DNA of 40,437 nucleotides from Bacteroidaceae bacterium. GTDB lineage: Bacteria; Bacteroidota; Bacteroidia; Bacteroidales; Bacteroidaceae. The position numbers were made by a program, and so were the translations under genes. The notes beneath the pieces are model-generated. The model saw only the letters and a program-made list of their open reading frames with translations. It was not told where the DNA came from and ran no database searches. This document shows, in pieces, positions 32,987 to 40,437 of this stretch (position 1 is the first letter of the stretch; the number at the start of each line of letters is the position of its first letter). Location: NCBI GenBank assembly GCA_017555865.1, contig JAFZFM010000189.1, forward strand, positions 1 to 40,437, in the 5' to 3' direction.

Positions 32987-33004
32987 TGATTTATAATGCA
33001 TAAT

Positions 33005-33026
33005 GCGCGCATTTCCCGGTGCGCGC
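33005..33026 (+). terminator. GC-rich hairpin after the sigma cassette
   Basis: GCGCGCA tttcccgg TGCGCGC, followed within about 10 nt by GTGTTTT. Confidence 0.5.
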
Positions 33027-33085
33027 GTTATGTGTGTTTTCTCGGATTTCTTTTTTTACTCAGGGGTGGTGTCGTGTAAATGAAT

Positions 33086-33116
33086 CAAGCCTGCAGGTGT
33101 TTGATCTGCAGGCTTG
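33086..33116 (-). terminator. hairpin terminator downstream of gyrB
   Basis: CAAGCCTGCAG / CTGCAGGCTTG is a perfect 11 bp stem with a 9 nt loop, 20 nt past the gyrB stop on the minus strand. Confidence 0.6.
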
Positions 33117-33136
33117 CTCGTTTGTTAAAACGCTTT

Positions 33137-35110
<1,974 letters not shown>

Positions 35111-35127
35111 TTATCAAAATAACTGAA

Positions 35128-35135
35128 CAAAGTTA
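35128..35135 (-). promoter_or_regulatory. candidate -7 box of the gyrB promoter
   Basis: The minus strand reads TAACTTTG (TAnnTTTG), with CTTG 20 nt upstream. It lies about 30 nt upstream of the gyrB ATG. Confidence 0.4.
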
Positions 35136-35181
35136 GTGAAAAACAGCCTCTTTTGCAAGGATTTTGCATTAAATATTTGAC

Positions 35182-35206
35182 CCCCTTTTGTAGTCTGCAA
35201 AAGGGG
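35182..35206. other. orphan stable hairpin between rpsT and gyrB
   Basis: CCCCTTTTG tagtctg CAAAAGGGG is a perfect 9 bp stem. It lies downstream of the clear rpsT terminator and upstream of the gyrB promoter. It could be a backup terminator or insulator. Confidence 0.4.
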
Positions 35207-35226
35207 TTTGGTATGGGTGCAACACG

Positions 35227-35254
35227 AAAAGGCTGGAGGTATCTCCAGCCTTTT
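35227..35254 (-). terminator. intrinsic terminator of rpsT
   Basis: AAAAGGCTGGAG gtat CTCCAGCCTTTT is a perfect stem flanked by A and T runs, 27 nt past the rpsT stop. Confidence 0.85.
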
Positions 35255-35280
35255 GTAGGTAAATATATGTTTATGAAAAT

Positions 35281-35535
35281 TTAGGCTAACTTTGCGATTT
35301 TAGCGCACAAACCAGATTTGAGGTTTGCAGCCTTGTTCTTGTGGATGAGACCACGCTTAGCCATTCTATCGAGCATCTTCTGCACCTCGGGGAACTTGGC
35401 CAAAGCCTCGTTCTTGTCAGTCATAGCGCGAAGGCTGCGAACTGCAGAACGCATGTTCTTACCAAAGTAACGGTTCTGAAGATTTCTCTTCTCAGTCTGT
35501 CTGATTCTCTTAAGTGATGATTTGTGATTTGCCAT
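35281..35535 (-). CDS. rpsT: 30S ribosomal protein S20
   Basis: 84 aa, starting [36 protein letters not shown]..., a canonical S20. Confidence 0.95.
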   Translation of the reverse strand: MANHKSSLKRIRQTEKRNLQNRYFGKNMRSAVRSLRAMTDKNEALAKFPEVQKMLDRMAKRGLIHKNKAANLKSGLCAKIAKLA

Positions 35536-35564
35536 CTCTTTAAAATGTTTTTTAGTTTTACTTG

Positions 35565-35636
35565 TAGCCCATAGGGGAATCGAACCCCTCTTTCAAGAAT
35601 GAAAATCTTGCGTCCTAGCCGATAGACGAATGGGCC
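35565..35636 (-). tRNA. tRNA-Glu (anticodon TTC)
   Basis: The reverse complement is GGCCCATTCGTCTATCGGCTAGGACGCAAGATTTTCATTCTTGAAAGAGGGGTTCGATTCCCCTATGGGCTA. The anticodon stem CAAGA / TCTTG encloses the loop TTTTCAT (TTC). The T-loop is GGTTCGATTCC. The acceptor stem starts with a G1-U72 wobble. No CCA is encoded. Confidence 0.85.
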
Positions 35637-35684
35637 GGCCTTAAAGAACCCCTTTTGAGGGTTGCTCCAGCACATAATATTGCC

Positions 35685-35725
35685 AAAGCGAGTGCAAAGG
35701 TATAATCTTTTTTTTAATTGGCAAA
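35685..35725 (-). promoter_or_regulatory. Bacteroides-type promoter of the tRNA-Glu / rpsT unit
   Basis: The minus strand has TTTG (35725-35722), a 19 nt spacer, then TACCTTTG (35702-35695). The same 18-mer as at tRNA-Asp, TACCTTTGCACTCGCTTT, occupies 35702-35685. Confidence 0.65.
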
Positions 35726-35776
35726 CGTTTTCGGTATTTTTTTTTAATTTTGTGGGTAAAATGTGGGAATCACCTT

Positions 35777-36502
35777 ATGGCTGAGATATTGGATGGCATA
35801 GTTTTACGTACTTTAAAGTACAACGACACCCTTTCCATTGCCGATGTATATACACGACAACGAGGGAGAATGTCGTTCCTTGTACCTGTGAGCCACAGCA
35901 AGCGCTGTAGGGTGAAAAATGTACTTTTCCAGCCGTTGAGTATGCTGTCGTTGACAGTTGCATGCAACGGCAACAAGCGTTTGCAGCGTGTAAGGGAGGT
36001 GCAGCCTTTCTCTATGTACTGTTCAATACCTTTCAATGTAGTAAAGTCGGCAATTGCATTATATCTTTCCGAGGTACTCACATATTCCTTGCGTGAGGAG
36101 GAGTCCGATGAACCGCTGTATAACTTTATCGACAGGTCGCTGACACTTTTCGACAACCTTGAGCAAGGATATGCCGATTTCCATATCATTTTTCTGTCGC
36201 AATTGCTACGTTACCTTGGTATATATCCAAACCTCGACAGTTACTCTCCTGGTTGCTACATCGATCTTGTCCACGGATGTGCCGTGCATGAACAACCATT
36301 GCACCCGGATTTTCTAATGCCTCAAGAAGCTGCCGAATTCGTTGCGCTCGTGGGTATGGGGTATGAATCGCTTGCCCATCTGTCATTAAACAGAAAATTG
36401 CGAGGCAATTTCCTCGCAATCCTCACTCTGTATTACAGGTTGCACATTCCCGATTTTCCGCAAATCAAATCAATGGAGGTGCTGAAAGAACTTTTCGATT
36501 AG
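35777..36502 (+). CDS. recO: DNA repair protein RecO
   Basis: I prefer the start at ATG 35777 (MAEILDGIVLRTLKYNDTLSIADVYTRQRGRMSF, an OB-fold N-terminus typical of RecO). A TAATTTTG box lies 25 nt upstream. The product is 241 aa. Confidence 0.85.
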   Translation: MAEILDGIVLRTLKYNDTLSIADVYTRQRGRMSFLVPVSHSKRCRVKNVLFQPLSMLSLTVACNGNKRLQRVREVQPFSMYCSIPFNVVKSAIALYLSEVLTYSLREEESDEPLYNFIDRSLTLFDNLEQGYADFHIIFLSQLLRYLGIYPNLDSYSPGCYIDLVHGCAVHEQPLHPDFLMPQEAAEFVALVGMGYESLAHLSLNRKLRGNFLAILTLYYRLHIPDFPQIKSMEVLKELFD

Positions 36503-36951
36503 TTGTTGAGCAGTTGCTTTACTATTGCCGAAATTGTTTTTCCCTCGGCCTTTCCGGCAAGTTGTTTTGTTGCAACACCCATAACCTTTCCCATATCCTG
36601 TGGACCGCTTGCACCAGTCTGTTCAATGATACCAGCAAGAACGGTTTTTATCTCATCCTCGCTCAACTGCTTGGGCAGGTACTTCTCCATGACTGCAACC
36701 TGTGCAAGTTCCTCTTGTGCAAGTTCGGGACGGTTCTGGCTACTGTACAGTTCTGCCGACTCCTTTCCCTGCTTTGCAAGTTTCTGTATAAGCTTTATTG
36801 CAGTCTCGTCGCTGACGGTATCGTTTGCTCCGGGAGCAGTCTTTGCTTCAAGAAGTACCTTCTTTATGTTGCGTAAGGTATCGAGGGCAACTTTGTCCTT
36901 TGCCTTCATAGCCTCCTTTATGTCGTTGCTGATAATGTCAAATAGTTCCAT
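36499..36951 (-). CDS. yqeY: GatB/YqeY domain protein
   Basis: 150 aa. Contains MELFDIISNDIKEAMKAKDKVALDTLRNIK ... MEKYLPKQLSEDEI ... MGKVMG. It is conserved downstream of ftsZ. Confidence 0.85.
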   Translation of the reverse strand: MELFDIISNDIKEAMKAKDKVALDTLRNIKKVLLEAKTAPGANDTVSDETAIKLIQKLAKQGKESAELYSSQNRPELAQEELAQVAVMEKYLPKQLSEDEIKTVLAGIIEQTGASGPQDMGKVMGVATKQLAGKAEGKTISAIVKQLLNN

Positions 36952-36953
36952 AA

Positions 36954-38297
36954 TTATTCCTCGCTGTTATCGTTATTGATTTTGTTCTCATTCTCGTCTG
37001 TTGCCGTAGCATTGTGCAGTATTGCAGGTGCTTTCTTTTTGCTGTTTTCGGCAATCTCCATAATCTTCTCAAGTTCCTGTGCTGTGCGCTTGTAGGTTGG
37101 TGAAGTGTCAATGGCAGAAAGCAGCTCCTCGTTATTGAGGTCATCGCCCTTGAATATGTATACTTTGTATTCGGGCTTATAGAATGCTTCAACCATTGAG
37201 TCGAGATTTTTGTTCTCTTTGTTGATTCTCTCCTCCTCTTCGCGCGACAGTGTGGCCTTTGTCTCCTCCTCTTTCTCTATTATGGGCTGCATGCCTGGGA
37301 TATCCTTCATGCCGAATCCTGTTGCAAGCACTGTTACCTTGACCTCTCCATCCTCCAGGTTATGGTCGTTGCTGAGTCCCCATATAAGTTCAATATTCTC
37401 TTCCTTGAACTGTGCCATGAACGACTCTACTTCGCCCATCTCCTCAACGCGAATAGGAGTGTTGGGGTTCTGGTATATGTTGAACAGTATCTTCTTCGAT
37501 TTGTAGATGTCGTTGTCGTTGAGTAGTGGTGAGTGCATTGCTTTGCGGAATGCACGTGATACTCGCATATCTCCACTCTCTATTCCATAACTCATTATGG
37601 CAACTCCACCGTTCTTCAGGATTTTCCTTACATCGCGGAAATCGAGGTTGATTGTACCACGTGCTGTTATAATCTCGGCAATACTCTTTGTAGCCGTTGT
37701 CAGCACGTCGTCAACTATGCGGAATCCCTCGGTAACGTTCAGTTTTGGATATATGTCTATGAGTCGCTGGTTGTTGATGACAAGCAGTGCGTCAACGTGC
37801 TTTGCTATCTCAATAACACCTCGCAGTGCCTGCTTTATCTTACCTGTCATCTCGAACTTGAACGGTATTGTTACGATACCTATTGTCAATATTCCAAGTT
37901 CTTTTGCAATCTCTGCAACTACCGGCGCTGCTCCGGTACCGGTACCGCCACCCATTCCGGCTGTGATGAATGCCATCTTGGTTCCATCGTTGAACAGGTT
38001 TGTTATCTCCTCGCGGCTCTCCTCGGCAGCCCTGCGTGCAACTTCGGGGTCGTTGCCGGCTCCAAGTCCTTCGGTTATCTTCTCACCCAACTGTATTTTC
38101 TTTGGTATTGGCGAGTTCTGCAATGCCTGCATGTCGGTATTGCATACCGCAAACGATACATTGTGTATGCCCTTGCGGTACATGTTGTGTACAGCGTTGC
38201 TGCCACCACCGCCCACACCAATAACCTTGATTATTCTTGGTGCGTCTGTCGGTATTGCAAATGGCAGGCTCTTCTTTATTGGTTCATTTGTGTCCAT
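36954..38297 (-). CDS. ftsZ: cell division GTPase FtsZ
   Basis: 447 aa. Contains IKVIGVGGGGSNAVNHM-type GGGGSNAV and the tubulin signature GMGGGTGTGAAPV, followed by a long variable C-terminal linker. Confidence 0.97.
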   Translation of the reverse strand: MDTNEPIKKSLPFAIPTDAPRIIKVIGVGGGGSNAVHNMYRKGIHNVSFAVCNTDMQALQNSPIPKKIQLGEKITEGLGAGNDPEVARRAAEESREEITNLFNDGTKMAFITAGMGGGTGTGAAPVVAEIAKELGILTIGIVTIPFKFEMTGKIKQALRGVIEIAKHVDALLVINNQRLIDIYPKLNVTEGFRIVDDVLTTATKSIAEIITARGTINLDFRDVRKILKNGGVAIMSYGIESGDMRVSRAFRKAMHSPLLNDNDIYKSKKILFNIYQNPNTPIRVEEMGEVESFMAQFKEENIELIWGLSNDHNLEDGEVKVTVLATGFGMKDIPGMQPIIEKEEETKATLSREEEERINKENKNLDSMVEAFYKPEYKVYIFKGDDLNNEELLSAIDTSPTYKRTAQELEKIMEIAENSKKKAPAILHNATATDENENKINNDNSEE

Positions 38298-38316
38298 ACT
38301 CTTTATGTATCAGTTT

Positions 38317-39765
38317 TTAGTTGTTGTCATCGTCGTCATAGTTGTCCAGATCGCTGTCGTCGCTGGTCATTTCGCCTATAAGGCTCTTGGTTCCTTGCTT
38401 TAACCAATCAAATAGTCCCGGACTGTTTTTCTTCTGTTGCTCCTTCAATCTCTTTCGGGCAAGTTTCTGTTCTTCCTTCTCGCGTTTCTCGGCCTCCTTT
38501 GCCAGTCTTCGTGCTTCTTTCTCCAGCCTGCGTGCCTCCTCGGGCGAAATCTCGGGTTCTGTTTCCTCAATCTCTGTTTCCTCAACCTGCTCTTCGGGTT
38601 CAACGTCGAACATTATTTTCTGTTCAACCGGTTGTGCCATCATTACCGGTTTCTCCTCCTCGCAGCAGTTCTCCTTTCCTTGGCTCACCAGGCCATAGAG
38701 TGCTGTAGAGAATATTCCGTTTATGTTTACCCCGCTCTCGCTTACCAGGTTGAATTTAGGCTCCGATATTATGCTGTATCTGAAGTTTGGCATGTATTCT
38801 TCGAGCAACAGTTCAATGTTCTTGAGCTTTGAACCGCCACCGGTAAATATAATGTGGTTGATAAGTTCACCCGACTCCTCTACCTGGTACTTTACATTCT
38901 GCAATATCTCGCTCATTCTGGCATTGATGATATTGTTTACAGTATCGGTGTCAATAGGGCTGTTGTCGTGTCCTGCCGATTTGTAACCGCGGGCAATCTT
39001 TATTTCCTCGGCCTCGTCGAATGAAATCTGGCCGGCGCACAGGTCTGTTGTTATATTGTTGCTGCCAAGTGGCAATACAATAAGCTTGCGCAGAATATCG
39101 TTACGGTATATTGATACTGTTGTGGTTTCGGCACCAATGTTCACCAATGCGCAACCGTTGCGTCTTACATCCTTTGAAAGAAGGATGTCTGCGTCCATGC
39201 ATGCAGCGCAGAAACTGTCGGCAATATCTATCTTGGCTTGTGCAAAACTTTCGTTGAGCTGGTTAAGGTACTGCTCCTTGATTACAAGGTTCAGGTAGTT
39301 GCCTTCAATCTGCATTGTAGGCTCACCTACAGGAGCGGTGTCCGACTTCCCGTTCAACTTGTAGTCCTGGCATATTACGCCGAACTTCGTATAGCCGTCG
39401 GGCGACAGGAAGTTCCTGTCGTTCTCATCGGCCATATCGTTTATAATATCAGGAGTTATCTTGGTAAAGGTATCAAATGTACGTGTTACGGTTGATTTGA
39501 TTGACTTTACTGTAAGTCCTGCAAGTGATACATATGCTCTTTTGATAGAGACCCTGTCTAGACCGCTTTCAAGGGTGTTTATTATGTAGTTTATGGCGTT
39601 GCTCGTTTCGTCTACGTTGCGTACAACGCCTTTTGATATAAACCCTTTTACAGGTGTACTTGCTGCAGCAAGAATCTTGATTCCGTTGTAGGTCTCAATA
39701 CCTACAGTTCCCGAGATCTTTGAAGAGCTTATCTCAATGGCTGTTATGTAAGTAGTATTTCCCAT
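38317..39765 (-). CDS. ftsA: cell division protein FtsA with extended charged C-terminal linker
   Basis: I prefer the ATG at 39765 (MGNTTYITAIEISSSKISG); the track start at 39795 would overlap ftsQ. It has an actin-like fold (DIGAETTTVSIY-type VNIGAETTTVSIY, FTGGGSKL). The tail is Glu/Lys-rich and contains a probable amphipathic helix, GLFDWLKQGTKSLIGEM. Confidence 0.9.
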   Translation of the reverse strand: MGNTTYITAIEISSSKISGTVGIETYNGIKILAAASTPVKGFISKGVVRNVDETSNAINYIINTLESGLDRVSIKRAYVSLAGLTVKSIKSTVTRTFDTFTKITPDIINDMADENDRNFLSPDGYTKFGVICQDYKLNGKSDTAPVGEPTMQIEGNYLNLVIKEQYLNQLNESFAQAKIDIADSFCAACMDADILLSKDVRRNGCALVNIGAETTTVSIYRNDILRKLIVLPLGSNNITTDLCAGQISFDEAEEIKIARGYKSAGHDNSPIDTDTVNNIINARMSEILQNVKYQVEESGELINHIIFTGGGSKLKNIELLLEEYMPNFRYSIISEPKFNLVSESGVNINGIFSTALYGLVSQGKENCCEEEKPVMMAQPVEQKIMFDVEPEEQVEETEIEETEPEISPEEARRLEKEARRLAKEAEKREKEEQKLARKRLKEQQKKNSPGLFDWLKQGTKSLIGEMTSDDSDLDNYDDDDNN

Positions 39766-39779
39766 ATGTTTATTTATTT

Positions 39780-40437
39780 CTATCTTTTGGTACAAACAAT
39801 CTTGTCGGCAAACTCAATGTTTATCTTATTGTATTTGTTCCATCCGACAATATTTAATGTCTGTGTGTAGAATATATATAGTTTCTTCAGTTTCTTGTCG
39901 GCATCGGTTGATGTTCCAAGTTCAATGATATGGTCGCCTACACGTGGTATAAGAATTATCTCCTTTTTCTCGTTAAGGTAGACCTGCTCAATCTGCGCAC
40001 TCCAGAAACTGCTCCTGCTTATGGCTGTTGCAACCTCTTGCAAATCGTCTACGGCACTTTCTTTTTCTATATAACCGCTTGCAACAGGCAGGTGCAGTGC
40101 CTTTTGTATTCCATATATTATGTTACCTTCGCTGTCCATGCAATAAGCTTCACCGTTCTTGTCAAAAATCTTGATGATTGGTTCACGGCACGAAATCTCT
40201 ATGTTTACATATCCGCCGATACTCTTGTATACCTGACACTCCTTTATGAGTGAGATTTCTCCAATCTTCTCTTCTATGTCTCGGCAAAGGAACTCATCCA
40301 TTCCTTTTCCGCTTGGGTCAAGGGAATCCTTTTCAAGAATATCTATTATATCTTCGCGGCTTATGGCTTCGAGAACGTTGTCACTGAATTCCACAAGAAC
40401 TCCTTTGCACGAACCGTCGTTACTGAATGATGGTATA
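39780..40437 (-). CDS. ftsQ: cell division protein FtsQ, C-terminal part (5' end beyond the window)
   Basis: The frame is open to the window end (IPSFSNDGSCKGVLVEFSDNVLEAISRED...). The periplasmic region is POTRA/FtsQ-like, and it sits immediately upstream of ftsA. Confidence 0.75.
   Translation of the reverse strand, partial: IPSFSNDGSCKGVLVEFSDNVLEAISREDIIDILEKDSLDPSGKGMDEFLCRDIEEKIGEISLIKECQVYKSIGGYVNIEISCREPIIKIFDKNGEAYCMDSEGNIIYGIQKALHLPVASGYIEKESAVDDLQEVATAISRSSFWSAQIEQVYLNEKKEIILIPRVGDHIIELGTSTDADKKLKKLYIFYTQTLNIVGWNKYNKINIEFADKIVCTKR

Noticed and set aside
31420-33136. Possibility of an intact integrative element or genomic island at tRNA-Asp.
   Set aside because: There is no integrase gene, I could not find a direct repeat of the tRNA 3' end downstream, and only a 51-codon transposase stump is present. 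It is reported as a degraded islet rather than as a mobile element.
35182-35206. The orphan hairpin between rpsT and gyrB, considered as a small RNA terminator.
   Set aside because: There is no convincing promoter or conserved-looking body on either strand. It sits directly behind the strong rpsT terminator. A backup terminator or insulator is the simpler explanation, so it is kept as a low-confidence feature only.
37597-38403. 268 aa and 194 aa plus-strand ORFs antisense to ftsZ.
   Set aside because: These are Ser/Pro/Ile-rich mirror translations of a highly conserved gene, the typical antisense artefact of ftsZ codon usage.

Overview
The window reads as a Bacteroidales (Bacteroidota) chromosomal segment. 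Three things support this: Bacteroides-type -33 TTTG / -7 TAnnTTTG promoter boxes, a cysteine protease with a T9SS C-terminal sorting domain, and a cluster of long FtsX/MacB-type permeases. Most of it is housekeeping. This includes prfB (5' part), an M20 peptidase, a ybeY / metallophosphoesterase / SpmAB-like operon, recR, a GT2 glycosyltransferase, a GNAT, tRNA-Asp, gyrB, rpsT, tRNA-Glu, recO, yqeY, and the end of the dcw cluster (ftsQ-ftsA-ftsZ).

The accessory content has four parts:
1. A 13.5 kb efflux module at 5.3-18.8 kb. It encodes TolC, a HlyD adaptor, three ~800 aa double-FtsX permeases, a single ABC ATPase, a sigma-54-dependent response regulator and a histidine kinase with almost no extracytoplasmic loop. 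A sigma-54 -24/-12 promoter is directly readable in front of it.
2. A minus-strand block encoding a TonB-dependent receptor, a Tsx-like/DUF5020 barrel and an NCS2 purine permease. The permease carries an unexpected 147 aa C-terminal tail that resembles the N-terminal half of an NqrC/RnfG FMN-binding domain.
3. A 966 aa C10 (streptopain-like) protease with a T9SS sorting domain, followed by a secreted alpha/beta hydrolase.
4. An AT-rich islet next to tRNA-Asp. It holds the 3' remnant of an ISL3-type transposase and an ECF sigma gene paired with an unconventional membrane-protein gene.

I saw no CRISPR array, no intact mobile element and no recognisable defence system. The most interesting candidate is the sigma-54 / intramembrane-kinase-controlled multi-permease MacB-type efflux module. 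Its interpretation is inference, not demonstration.
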